64,000 nucleotides of DNA from Acidimicrobiales bacterium (lineage in GTDB: Bacteria > Actinomycetota > Acidimicrobiia > Acidimicrobiales > BPGG01): assembly GCA_026002915.1 (NCBI GenBank), contig BPGG01000001.1:405468-469467 (forward strand), given 5' to 3'. The notes under the pieces are model-generated. The model ran no database searches and had not been told where the DNA came from. It saw nothing but the letters and a program-made list of their open reading frames with translations. Positions 28,544 through 37,448 of the stretch are shown in pieces. How positions within the stretch are numbered: the stretch's first letter is position 1; each line of letters starts with the position of its first letter. The position numbers and the translations under genes are program-made.

Positions 28544-29710
28544 CTACCCCCGACCCGCCGTCGCGGACGGTCGCGGCTGTGGCGTCTTGGGAGCCGAGGT
28601 GAGGGGGACACAGCCGTCCGAGCCCACCAGCACGGTGTCTTCGACCCGGACGCCCCCGACGCCCGCCACGTACACGCCCGGCTCGACGGTCACCGTCATC
28701 CCCTCCGCGAGCACGTCCTCGGATCTGGAGGAGATGCGCGGATCCTCGTGTATGTCCAACCCCAAGCCGTGGCCGGTGGCGTGCACGAAAGCATCTCCCC
28801 AGCCCGCGGAGTCGATCACGCGGCGGCACGCAGCGTCGACGTCTCTCGCCGTCACCCCCGCCCGGACGGTGTCAACGCCCGCAGCCTGCGCTTCGGAGAC
28901 GACGGCGAACATCCTCTGCAGTTCGCCCGACGCCCCGTCCAACAGGAAAGTCCGCGTCATGTCGGACCTGTAGCCGTCCACTGTGGCCCCGAAGTCGATC
29001 ACCACGACGTCCCCTGGACCAATTCTGCGGTCGGTCGGCCGGGCATGAGGCTTCGCGGCGTTCGGGCCGGAGGCGACGATGGTCGCGAAGGCAGGTTCGT
29101 CCGCACCGAGACGACGCATCGAGAAGTCCAGTTCGAGCGCGAATTCCGTCTCCGTCGGGTGTTCATCGAGGGCTCCCACACAAGACTCGAGCGCTCGGTC
29201 TGCTATCGAAGCCGCTGCCCTGATACGAGCGACCTCTCCCGGATCCTTCACCTGACGGAGCCGTTCGATCCATCCCTCCGAAGGGACCAGCTCGGCCGAC
29301 GGGAACCACTCTGCGGCGATCTTGCGCTGGCTCGACCAGCTGACGTCGTGGGCTTCGAGGGCTATGCGCCGAGCACCGGCACCACGAGCGGAGACGATCT
29401 CACGCTGTTCGGACGAGGTGATCTCTATCTGCACGTCGACGCCGGCGGCACCGATCTCTTGCTCAGACTGCTCGGCGTAGCGCCCGTCGGTCACGAACAG
29501 GAGTTCGTCGGCCGACACCCAGAGAAGCCCCGCCGAACCGGTGAAGCCGGTGAGGTAGCGGATGTTCTGGAGACGGGTCACCAACAGCGCGTCGACCTTC
29601 TCCTCGACGAGCTTCTCTCGCAGCCTCCTGATGCGAGAGGGAAAGTCCATCGGGGGCAGAGAACCGGCCTTCCCCGCCGTGGCTGTGGGAGAGGTGGCAT
29701 CGCGGGACAT
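28544..29710 (-). CDS. M24-family Xaa-Pro aminopeptidase/dipeptidase
   Basis: Creatinase-like N-domain, then DFGATVDGYRSDMTRT, HATGHGLGLDIHEDP and VEPGVY...GVRVEDTV. It sits upstream of efp, as in Bacillus and actinobacteria. Confidence 0.9.
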   Translation of the reverse strand: MSRDATSPTATAGKAGSLPPMDFPSRIRRLREKLVEEKVDALLVTRLQNIRYLTGFTGSAGLLWVSADELLFVTDGRYAEQSEQEIGAAGVDVQIEITSSEQREIVSARGAGARRIALEAHDVSWSSQRKIAAEWFPSAELVPSEGWIERLRQVKDPGEVARIRAAASIADRALESCVGALDEHPTETEFALELDFSMRRLGADEPAFATIVASGPNAAKPHARPTDRRIGPGDVVVIDFGATVDGYRSDMTRTFLLDGASGELQRMFAVVSEAQAAGVDTVRAGVTARDVDAACRRVIDSAGWGDAFVHATGHGLGLDIHEDPRISSRSEDVLAEGMTVTVEPGVYVAGVGGVRVEDTVLVGSDGCVPLTSAPKTPQPRPSATAGRG

Positions 29711-29719
29711 GCAAAGAGC

Positions 29720-30163
29720 CTACGAAATGATCGAGTGGACGGCCTCGACTGCGAGCCGATACCCGGCGACGCCGAAACCCGAGACGACTCCGGAGGCCAC
29801 GGGAGCGATCACCGAGACCTGCCGCCAAGCCTCACGAGAAGCAGGGTTCGTCAGGTGGAGCTCGACCACCGGACCGTCGAACGCGGCGAGGGCGTCGTGC
29901 AGCGACCAGCCGTAGTGGGTGAGGGCGCCGGGGTTTACGATGACGGCGACCGCCTCGCCGCGAGCCCTGTGCACCGCCTCGACCAGATCACCCTCATGAT
30001 CGGAGTGAACGTGCCTCAGGTCGTAGCCGAGCTCCTGTGCAGTCCTCCTCGCCAACGACACGTGCTCCTCGAGAGTGGCCGTGCCGTAGACATCCGGTTG
30101 CCGGTCTCCGAGGATCGCGAGATTGGGACCGGACAGCAGCAGGATCACCGGCCTCGTCGCCAT
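29720..30163 (-). CDS. aroQ: type II 3-dehydroquinate dehydratase
   Basis: Sequence MATRPVILLLSGPNLAILGDRQPDVYG...HSDHEGDLV...NPGALTHY...HLTNPASRE. ATG at 30163. Confidence 0.93.
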   Translation of the reverse strand: MATRPVILLLSGPNLAILGDRQPDVYGTATLEEHVSLARRTAQELGYDLRHVHSDHEGDLVEAVHRARGEAVAVIVNPGALTHYGWSLHDALAAFDGPVVELHLTNPASREAWRQVSVIAPVASGVVSGFGVAGYRLAVEAVHSIIS

Positions 30164-30176
30164 GACGATCCCCCTT

Positions 30177-31199
30177 TCATCGATCAGCCGAGCACCTCGC
30201 GATCGTCTCACGAACGAGTCCTTCCGGCACGTCCCTGACCACCTCGACACCTCTCGGTCCGTCGAGAGCGAAGGTCAGACCCGAGCCGCCCGACCGCACC
30301 TTCTTGTCGCGCGTCATCAACTCCACCAGCTCGTCGGTGTCATAGCCTGGCGGTATCCGGTCGGGTAGGCCGCTTTTGCGAACGAGTTCGACGTGTTCAC
30401 GCACACGACTCTCGTCGATTCGGCCGAGCCGTTCGGCCAAAACAGCGTCGAACACGACACCGATCGCCACCGCCTCTCCGTGACTGAGGTCGTACCGTCC
30501 TGCCACCTCTAGGGCGTGCGCGAGAGTGTGGCCATAGTTGAGGATCTCCCTCAACCCCCGCTCCTCCCTCTCGTCGGCCGAGACCACCTTCGCCTTGACT
30601 TCGACACACCTCGCGATCTGCTCCTCGAGGTCGACGCCTTCGAGGTCTGCGCCGAGGAACTGGTACTTCACCATCTCGCCGAGTCCCGACCTGAACTCCT
30701 CCGGGGGGAGTGTCTCCAGCAGGTCCGGATCGCATATCACCGCCTCTGGTTGCCAGTAGGCGCCGACCAGGTTCTTCCCCTCGGGGAGGTTCACTCCACA
30801 CTTCCCGCCGATCGCAGCGTCCACTTGTGCCAAGAGAGTGGTCGGAACGTGTATGACAGGAACCCCCCGGTGGTAGCAGGCCGCTGCGAAGCCGGCCGTG
30901 TCTGTGACCACACCGCCGCCGACCGCCAGGACGAGGTCCCCGCGGGTCAGCCCCCACCGAGCGAACCCTCTGCAAAGCTCCTCGACCACGCTCATGGACT
31001 TCGCCTCCTCACCCGGAGGCATCACGAAGTACGAGTGCTCGCGCCCGGGATCGGGGCGGTGAGGGATGCCCTCCTGGGTCACCACGGCGACGCGCCGGTG
31101 CCGGGTAGGAAGGAGATCGGCGAGGCGGCCCGAGGCGCCACGATCGACGATCACCTCATACGAGCGCTCGCCGAGATCGACCAGCACGCTACGACCCAA
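30177..31199 (-). CDS. aroB: 3-dehydroquinate synthase
   Basis: Sequence LAVGGGVVTDTAGFAAACYHRGVPVIHVPTTLLAQVDAAIGGKCGVN...NYGHTLAHALE. The start is set at TTG 31199, preceded by GGGGGGAGG at 8-nt spacing. GTG 31187 is an alternative. Confidence 0.92.
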   Translation of the reverse strand: MGRSVLVDLGERSYEVIVDRGASGRLADLLPTRHRRVAVVTQEGIPHRPDPGREHSYFVMPPGEEAKSMSVVEELCRGFARWGLTRGDLVLAVGGGVVTDTAGFAAACYHRGVPVIHVPTTLLAQVDAAIGGKCGVNLPEGKNLVGAYWQPEAVICDPDLLETLPPEEFRSGLGEMVKYQFLGADLEGVDLEEQIARCVEVKAKVVSADEREERGLREILNYGHTLAHALEVAGRYDLSHGEAVAIGVVFDAVLAERLGRIDESRVREHVELVRKSGLPDRIPPGYDTDELVELMTRDKKVRSGGSGLTFALDGPRGVEVVRDVPEGLVRETIARCSADR

Positions 31200-31743
31200 C
31201 GCCGAGACCTCCCCCCGGAACCTCCCCTTCGAACAGATGCCGAACGATCTGGTCCGCGGCCTGCTCTGCATCGAGATCGTCGACGTCCACGACGAGATCT
31301 GCGACGCTCTCGTACAACGGACGTCGCGTCGCGTCGAGGTCCTCCACGCGGCGGCGCAGGTCCCCTCGGAGCAAGGGTCGCTCCACCCCGTCGTCGCCGA
31401 CCCGACGGCAGATGGTGTCCGGCCTGGCCCGCAGCCACACCACTGTGACACCAGTCGACAGACTCTCTCGCGTCCGCGCGCTGGTGACAGCCCCCCCACC
31501 CAGCGAGATCACACACGGAGCCTCGGCGCGCAGCGCGGACGACACCATCTCCTCCTCCAGACCGCGGAAACGCTCCTCCCCACAGGTGTCTATGAGCTGT
31601 GCGACGCTCGTTCCGCAGTGCTCCTCCACCATCCGGTCAGTGTCGTACATTCGTGCACCGAGCCTGCGCGCGAGGATCCGCGCAACAGTCGTCTTCCCGA
31701 CCCCGGGCATTCCGACCAGAACCACCCGATCGGCCCTGCTCAC
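31189..31743 (-). CDS. aroK: shikimate kinase
   Basis: Sequence VVLVGMPGVGKTTVARILARRLGARMYDTD...ISLGGGAV. GTG 31743 overlaps the aroC stop (GTGA). The rest of the 394-aa track ORF is read-through inside aroC. Confidence 0.9.
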   Translation of the reverse strand: MSRADRVVLVGMPGVGKTTVARILARRLGARMYDTDRMVEEHCGTSVAQLIDTCGEERFRGLEEEMVSSALRAEAPCVISLGGGAVTSARTRESLSTGVTVVWLRARPDTICRRVGDDGVERPLLRGDLRRRVEDLDATRRPLYESVADLVVDVDDLDAEQAADQIVRHLFEGEVPGGGLGVGS

Positions 31744-32933
31744 GGACCGCCCTCCCTCGCCACCGACTGGCCGCGTTCGCGCAGGTCTGCCTCCCACGAG
31801 CGGTAGTTGCGGACGAACTCCTCGGTCGAGTCGCCGCCGAACTTCCGAGACGCCTCGCAGGCCAACACCCATGCGACCATCGCCTCGGCCACCACTCCCA
31901 TCGCGGGGACGGCGGTCACGTCGGTCCGCTCCTTGAAAGAGACCGACTCTTCCTTCGTGTGGACGTCGACGGTCGGCAGCACCGGCCTTCGGAGGGTGGC
32001 GAGCGGCTTCATCCCGACCCTGGCGACGAGTAGGTCTCCCGTCGACATACCCCCTTCGATGCCACCGGCCCGGTGGCTCCGTCGCCTGTATCCGCCCGCG
32101 TCGTCGTCCCATTCGATCGGATCGTGGGCGGCACTCCCCCGCATGCCCACGATCTCGGCACCTTCTCCGATCTCGACGTACTTCACCGCCTGGATGCTCA
32201 TCAGGGCACCCGCCAACGCCGCATCCAAGCGGCGATCCCAGTGCACGTGACTCCCGAGACCCACGGGGACGCCGTATGCCAGCACTTCGACCACTCCGCC
32301 GAGAGAGTCGCCGTCCCCTTCCGCCCGCTCTATCTCTCGGACCATCGCCTCGGCCGCCTCTTCGTCGAAGCACCGCACCGGTGAGGAATCCACGGCCTCC
32401 TGGTCTGAGGGGCGGGGTCGACGGGCGCTCTGGCTGCGGACCGAACCGATCTGGATGACGTGGGAGACGACCGCCACGTCGATCGACGCGAGCAGGCGCT
32501 TGGCGAGGGTGCCGACCACGACACGCGCCGCCGTCTCACGGGCCGAAGCCCTCTCGAGGACGTCACGCGCGTCGTCCAGTCGATATTTCTGCATGCCCGC
32601 CAGGTCCGCGTGCCCCGGTCTCGGCCTCGTCAGAGGTCTGCGAACCCCGCCCGGGTGCGGAGACATCTCCTCCTTCCACCGGGTCTCCCACTCGGTGTTG
32701 GCGATCTCCACCGCGACGGGGCCACCCAGCGTCCGCCCGTGCCTCACGCCCCCTAGGATCCGCAGTTCGTCCTTTTCGAGTCGCATGCGCGGCCCACGTC
32801 CGTATCCGAGTCGGCGGCGCGCCAGTTCGGTCGCGAAGTGCTCGACCGTGATCTCCAATCCCGCGGGGAGCCCTTCGACGATGGCGACCAGAGCCGGGCC
32901 GTGGGACTCCCCTGCGGTAAGAAAGCGCAGCAC
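31740..32933 (-). CDS. aroC: chorismate synthase
   Basis: Sequence MLRFLTAGESHGPALVAIVEGLPAGL...RPGHADLAG...SARETAARV... Confidence 0.97.
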   Translation of the reverse strand: MLRFLTAGESHGPALVAIVEGLPAGLEITVEHFATELARRRLGYGRGPRMRLEKDELRILGGVRHGRTLGGPVAVEIANTEWETRWKEEMSPHPGGVRRPLTRPRPGHADLAGMQKYRLDDARDVLERASARETAARVVVGTLAKRLLASIDVAVVSHVIQIGSVRSQSARRPRPSDQEAVDSSPVRCFDEEAAEAMVREIERAEGDGDSLGGVVEVLAYGVPVGLGSHVHWDRRLDAALAGALMSIQAVKYVEIGEGAEIVGMRGSAAHDPIEWDDDAGGYRRRSHRAGGIEGGMSTGDLLVARVGMKPLATLRRPVLPTVDVHTKEESVSFKERTDVTAVPAMGVVAEAMVAWVLACEASRKFGGDSTEEFVRNYRSWEADLRERGQSVAREGGP

Positions 32934-33051
32934 GATGCGAGGGTACCGGCGTCACGCTGCGCCGGACCATCATCGTCGCCGAGGACCGGACCGAGGCGCT
33001 CCCGCCAGACCCGCTCGGCGCGGTGTTTCAAACGAGGACGCACTCCACACG

Positions 33052-33750
33052 TCACGCCCGGAGGGAATCGACTCCTATGAGCAGTACGACGAGACACCCC
33101 AACGCGAGAAAGGGACCGAACGGATACTCGGCGTTGCGCCGGCGGGCGACCATCACCACCACGCCCCCCACCGATCCCACGAGGAACCCGACGAGCATCG
33201 AGTAGAACACGCCGACGAGAGCGGAGACCACGTCGGCGGCGGCCCAACCGACATGCACACCCAGCAGCGCAGAGAGCTTGACGTCTCCGAACCCCATTCC
33301 CCGCGGATGGATCAGGTGCGCGACCAGAAGGAACGTCAGATTCGTGGACCCGCCCACCAGACACGCCAGCAGACGGTGCGGTTCCCCTCCGATCACGGCG
33401 GCGAAGGCGAAGGACACCACGCTGGCCGCAGTCGCCGGCAGGACGATCCGGTCTGGAAGGCGCAGCGTCTGGATGTCGATGACGGAGAGCGCGACCAAGA
33501 CGGGCACCAGCAGGAGGTAGGGAACCAACCTCTCCCAAGTGTCGATCCTCCACACCCCTACCGCCAGAGCCGCCGAGGTCACCGCGTGGACCATCAACCA
33601 CTCGGCGCGTGAACCCTCTTCGGGGATCGGAAAGCGAGGAAGTGGCCTGCCGAACCACGGCTCCCGCCCGGCTCCACGTGAGGCGAGCAGGCAGCCGAGC
33701 CAACCCAACGGGACGGCCGCGGCGGCGACCACCACTGCCGATGCGGTCAC
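33052..33750 (-). CDS. A24-family prepilin (type IV leader) peptidase, no methyltransferase domain
   Basis: A polytopic membrane ORF with both catalytic Asp contexts: LSVIDIQTLRLPD and GFGDVKLSALLG. Confidence 0.8.
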   Translation of the reverse strand: MTASAVVVAAAAVPLGWLGCLLASRGAGREPWFGRPLPRFPIPEEGSRAEWLMVHAVTSAALAVGVWRIDTWERLVPYLLLVPVLVALSVIDIQTLRLPDRIVLPATAASVVSFAFAAVIGGEPHRLLACLVGGSTNLTFLLVAHLIHPRGMGFGDVKLSALLGVHVGWAAADVVSALVGVFYSMLVGFLVGSVGGVVVMVARRRNAEYPFGPFLALGCLVVLLIGVDSLRA

Positions 33751-33763
33751 CGAGGTTCTCTGG

Positions 33764-34873
33764 TCAGCTTCCGCCAGACAGGAACTTCAGCAGAAGCTCC
33801 TTGTTTATCTCGTCGTCCATTCCGTCGATTGCGGCCAACGCACGTTCGCGCTCCTCCCTGGTCGACGCCTTCGCCGCCGCCGCGACGGCTCGTGCCGCCC
33901 TGGGAGAGAGGTTGGCGAGTTGACGTGCGATCTCGACGGCCTCTTCGGGGTCTGCAGTGTCGAGACTGCCCATGGAGAGCAGGTCTGCCGAGCTGACCTC
34001 TTCTTCCTCGGCCTCCTCCTCGGTGGCTCCGACTACTGCCGAGGCCTCCTCTGCCGCCTCCGCCTCGGCGGCCAACTCCCTTTCAAATTCCTCGAGCTCA
34101 CCGGCTTCCTCGACCCCACCGGCCGCAAAATCCGACGTCGCCGCCGCCGCGACGGCTTCGTACTCGGCCGCCGGAGCCTCCTGTCCACCAGCCTGCGTGT
34201 CCGTCGGCTGCACCTCGCTCTGGGGGACCTCCGCCACCCCGACAGCCGTCACGCTCGCCTCGGGCGTCACCGTTGCAGCCGCGCCATGTGACGTGACGAC
34301 CGAAGGCTCGCCCGAGAGCACGTCGGCGGGAGGCTCCCCTACACGTGCCAGACCCGCATCTACGAGGTCCTTCACGAGTCGGGTCACGGCGAGTTCGGGC
34401 TTTCTCAATCTGTCCATGAGTGAAGCGACGTCCGATCCGTGACCCACTGCCGTCACGATCTGCCAGCGCTCGGCGTCCAGGGTCACAGAGTCTCCAGGGA
34501 GCTCGGGCTCGAGCGTTATCCAAGACCGGAGAGAGGGAACGACGGCCTCGATCTGACGCCACTCTGCCAAGAGCTCTTCGGCCTCGGCCAGCAGGGGTTC
34601 GACCTCCACGGCCTCTCCCGCCTCCGCCGGGCCGTCGGTGTCGAAGAGGAAGTCCCCTTGCCTGAACCGGAGCAACTCGAAGAGCACGTCCACGAAACGG
34701 TCGGCATGGGGGGCCCCACTCGCCTCGCACTTGACGATCTTCCCTTCGGACAGCCAGACGGATCCCGTCCCCCGATCACCGCTCAGACGCAGCTGGCCGG
34801 TCTTCCCCGTATTCGCGAGAAGTCGCAGTACGTCAGGAAGCGAGAATGTCTCGAGAGTCCCCTGCAGAGCCAC
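33764..34873 (-). CDS. DUF4388 (PATAN-like) domain protein with an acidic low-complexity linker and a conserved-looking C-terminus
   Basis: The N-terminus LQGTLETFSLPDVLRLLANTGKTGQLRLSGDRGTGSVWLSEGKIVKCE fits the DUF4388 pattern. GTG 34873 is preceded by GGGAGG at 9 nt. The track ORF starts 10 codons earlier, at GTG 34903. Confidence 0.6.
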   Translation of the reverse strand: MALQGTLETFSLPDVLRLLANTGKTGQLRLSGDRGTGSVWLSEGKIVKCEASGAPHADRFVDVLFELLRFRQGDFLFDTDGPAEAGEAVEVEPLLAEAEELLAEWRQIEAVVPSLRSWITLEPELPGDSVTLDAERWQIVTAVGHGSDVASLMDRLRKPELAVTRLVKDLVDAGLARVGEPPADVLSGEPSVVTSHGAAATVTPEASVTAVGVAEVPQSEVQPTDTQAGGQEAPAAEYEAVAAAATSDFAAGGVEEAGELEEFERELAAEAEAAEEASAVVGATEEEAEEEEVSSADLLSMGSLDTADPEEAVEIARQLANLSPRAARAVAAAAKASTREERERALAAIDGMDDEINKELLLKFLSGGS

Positions 34874-34960
34874 GTGGCCTGACCTCCCTGCTATGAACCG
34901 CACCGGATTTTACGCGCGCGGACGCGAGTGATCCGTCGAAACCCTCGGGAGTTCACACGG

Positions 34961-35060
34961 CCTGGAGAAAGCACTCGCCTGCAGAGGTCATCACACCTAC
35001 CGGGGCGTCTGGCGCAGAAAACACTCGGCCGCAGAGGTCATCACTCCCACCGGGGCTTCT
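34961..35060. repeat. 50-bp tandem direct duplication covering the 3' end of aroE
   Basis: Unit A is 34961-35010 and unit B is 35011-35060. They match at 39 of 45 positions over 34966-35010 versus 35016-35060. Both encode PVGVMTSA(A/G)ECFL, but in different frames because the period is 50. Confidence 0.85.
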
Positions 35061-35878
35061 CGACCGGTCCAGATCCGGATCTGAGCCGCCGCCTGGTGCA
35101 CCAGCATCGGGAGCCCGCAAGACACCGAGGCACCGGCCCGGCGGGCGCGTCTCATCAACGGCGTCTCGAGGGGTTGGTACACCATGTCGAAGACCCACTG
35201 TCCCGGCCGGAACCCCCCCAGATCGAACGGGACGTCCGAGGGCGCAGGTCCTCCCGCCATCCCGACGACCGTCGCGTTCACCACGAGATCCGAGTCGGCG
35301 ACCGTGGACTCGTCAACGCCGTCCACCGCTCGTGCGGACCCTCCCGCCAGCTCGGCCACCTCTTTGGCGGCCTGCAACCTCCTGGCCACCACGACCATCG
35401 AATCGACGCGCGCCTCCGCCATGGCGACCGCGGCCGCCCTGGCTGCTCCGCCTGCGCCGAGGAGGAGTACCCGAGCGCCTTCGAGGTCACAACCCAGCGA
35501 ACGCACGGCCGCGACCAGGCCTTCGCCGTCGGTGTTCGCCCCGACCAAAACCCCTCCCGGTGACACGGCCACCGTGTTCACCGCTCGAAGCCGGTCCGCA
35601 GGCTCGCTCAGCCGATCCACGGCCGCGGCCGCGGACTGCTTGCACGGCGTCGTCACGGAGATCCCGTCGATGCCGTCGGTGCGACGCACGGCTTCGAAGA
35701 GAGCGGGTACCGCTTCGGCGGGAACTTCGAGCGCCGCGAAGACGCGGGTCTCACCGAGAGCCTCGAACGCTGCGTTGTGGATCACCGGCGAGAGGGAATG
35801 ACGCACCGGACGCCCGATCACCAGGTGCAGCCGTGTGGTCGCCGTCACCATCACCGGGGCGACGGATCCGCCCGTCAC
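34997..35878 (-). CDS. aroE: shikimate dehydrogenase
   Basis: Sequence VIGRPVRHSLSPVIHNAAF...SVTTPCKQ...NTDGEG...LLGAGGAARA. GTG overlaps the mltG stop (GTGA). Confidence 0.9.
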   Translation of the reverse strand: MTGGSVAPVMVTATTRLHLVIGRPVRHSLSPVIHNAAFEALGETRVFAALEVPAEAVPALFEAVRRTDGIDGISVTTPCKQSAAAAVDRLSEPADRLRAVNTVAVSPGGVLVGANTDGEGLVAAVRSLGCDLEGARVLLLGAGGAARAAAVAMAEARVDSMVVVARRLQAAKEVAELAGGSARAVDGVDESTVADSDLVVNATVVGMAGGPAPSDVPFDLGGFRPGQWVFDMVYQPLETPLMRRARRAGASVSCGLPMLVHQAAAQIRIWTGREAPVGVMTSAAECFLRQTPR

Positions 35879-36978
35879 AGCAGCCCCTTGCGCCGGGACT
35901 CGGCCTTGGCCGTGAGGAACTCGTCGTAGTCGTCGGTGAACAGGTGGGTGCCGTTCGGATCGGTCAACACGTAGTAGAGCCAGTCACCTTCCGCAGGCCT
36001 GAGGGCCGCCTCCAGCGCACTTCGGCCCGGCATGCCGATCGGGGTAGGAGGCAGCCCCGGATAGAGGCGTGTGTTGTAGGGGCTGTCCGTCTCCAGGTCG
36101 CTCTCGGTCAGCCGCTCCTTGTGCCCGATCGCGTACAAGAGCGTCGCGTCGACTTCCAACTTCATTCCGGCCTCCAGACGGTTCAGAATGACCCTGGCGA
36201 CCAACGGTCGCTCCTCGGGCCGCTTCGCTTCGCGCTCGACTATGGAGGCCACAGTCACGATTTCGTACGCACCCAGGCCGCTCGCGCCGGCCTCGGTCAA
36301 GCCGACCTCTCCCGCCACTTCGTCGAAGCGATCGACCATCCGTTGCAGGAAAGCTACTTCGTCGTCGGCAGAAGTCTCGTCGATTCGGTAAGTGTCGGGG
36401 AACAGGAAACCCTCGAAATTGCGGGAACCGGAGGGCATGAAGCGGCTGGGGCGGATCTTTCCGAGGGCGTCGAGGAGGTCCTCCCGTCGGAACGTCTCGA
36501 CATCGGAGGCCAACTTGTCGATCACCTGGCTCAGCGTGAGCCCCTCCGGGATGGTCACCGTGACAGCGTCCGGCGGACGGGGACCCGCCCGCAGCCGCTC
36601 GAACACGTCGTCGAACGACGAACCCCGCCTCATCTCGTCGTACTCGCCGGCCTCGAAGGTCGGTGAGCCCTTGGCCCTGAGCCACACCCTGAACGCGAAC
36701 GCGTCCGAGATGATCCCCTCCTCCTCCAAGAGTTCGGCGATCTGGGTGGTAGTGGCGCCCTGCGGGATCTCCACGACGACCTCCTCCCCCGGCTCGCCCG
36801 GAGGGTCGACCCGGGTCATGAACCACCACCATCCGGCGCCGACCGGTATCAGGACGACCAACGCCGTCGTAGAGACGAACCACAGGATCCGGCGCGGACG
36901 CGTCCCCGCGGGATGCCCCATCTCGTGCCAAGCCTCGATCCTCTTCCAGCCTCCGGCAGGGTCCGGCCTCGAGTTCAC
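35875..36978 (-). CDS. mltG: endolytic murein transglycosylase MltG (YceG-like)
   Basis: N-terminal TM segment, then ASIVEREAKRPEERPLVARVILNRL...YNTRLYPGLPPTPIGMPG. Confidence 0.9.
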   Translation of the reverse strand: MNSRPDPAGGWKRIEAWHEMGHPAGTRPRRILWFVSTTALVVLIPVGAGWWWFMTRVDPPGEPGEEVVVEIPQGATTTQIAELLEEEGIISDAFAFRVWLRAKGSPTFEAGEYDEMRRGSSFDDVFERLRAGPRPPDAVTVTIPEGLTLSQVIDKLASDVETFRREDLLDALGKIRPSRFMPSGSRNFEGFLFPDTYRIDETSADDEVAFLQRMVDRFDEVAGEVGLTEAGASGLGAYEIVTVASIVEREAKRPEERPLVARVILNRLEAGMKLEVDATLLYAIGHKERLTESDLETDSPYNTRLYPGLPPTPIGMPGRSALEAALRPAEGDWLYYVLTDPNGTHLFTDDYDEFLTAKAESRRKGLL

Positions 36979-37448
36979 CCGGATCTTCTCCTCCCCCCCA
37001 CGCCGTCCGCCCGATCCAGCCAGCCCTGCAACATCACCGCGGCAGAGGCAGCGTCGAGACGACCGGACTTCCTGTCGACTCGACGGGGCTTCCTCCTCCC
37101 CGAGCTCTCCCCGATCATCCGGCCGGCCAGCTCGGTGGTGAACCTCTCGTCGTACAACTCCACCTTCAGACCCGAGCTCTCCGCTATCCGTGCGGCCAGT
37201 CTCCTCGCACGTGCGGTGGACTCGTTCTCCGAGCCGTCCAGCGATCGAGGGAGCCCGACTACCACGGTGTCTGCTCCCACCTCCAGCGCCACTCTCGCCA
37301 CTTCGCGGGCGGCAGCCACCAGATCGTCACCCACTTCGAGGGTCTCCAACGGTGACGCGAGCACGCCCCCGAGATCACTGCACGCCAGCCCGACGCGCTT
37401 GCGTCCCGGATCGACACCAAGCACCCTCGACCCCGTCCGCCTGCTCAT
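36975..37448 (-). CDS. ruvX: Holliday-junction resolvase-like nuclease RuvX (YqgF)
   Basis: Sequence MSRRTGSRVLGVDPGRKRVGLACSD...VVVGLPRSLDGSE...DERFTT. ATG 37448 overlaps the alaS stop (ATGA). Confidence 0.9.
   Translation of the reverse strand: MSRRTGSRVLGVDPGRKRVGLACSDLGGVLASPLETLEVGDDLVAAAREVARVALEVGADTVVVGLPRSLDGSENESTARARRLAARIAESSGLKVELYDERFTTELAGRMIGESSGRRKPRRVDRKSGRLDAASAAVMLQGWLDRADGVGGRRRSG

Noticed and set aside
34961-35060. The 50-bp direct repeats as att sites of an integrated element.
   Set aside because: The copies are immediately adjacent with nothing between them, and no integrase or mobile gene is nearby.
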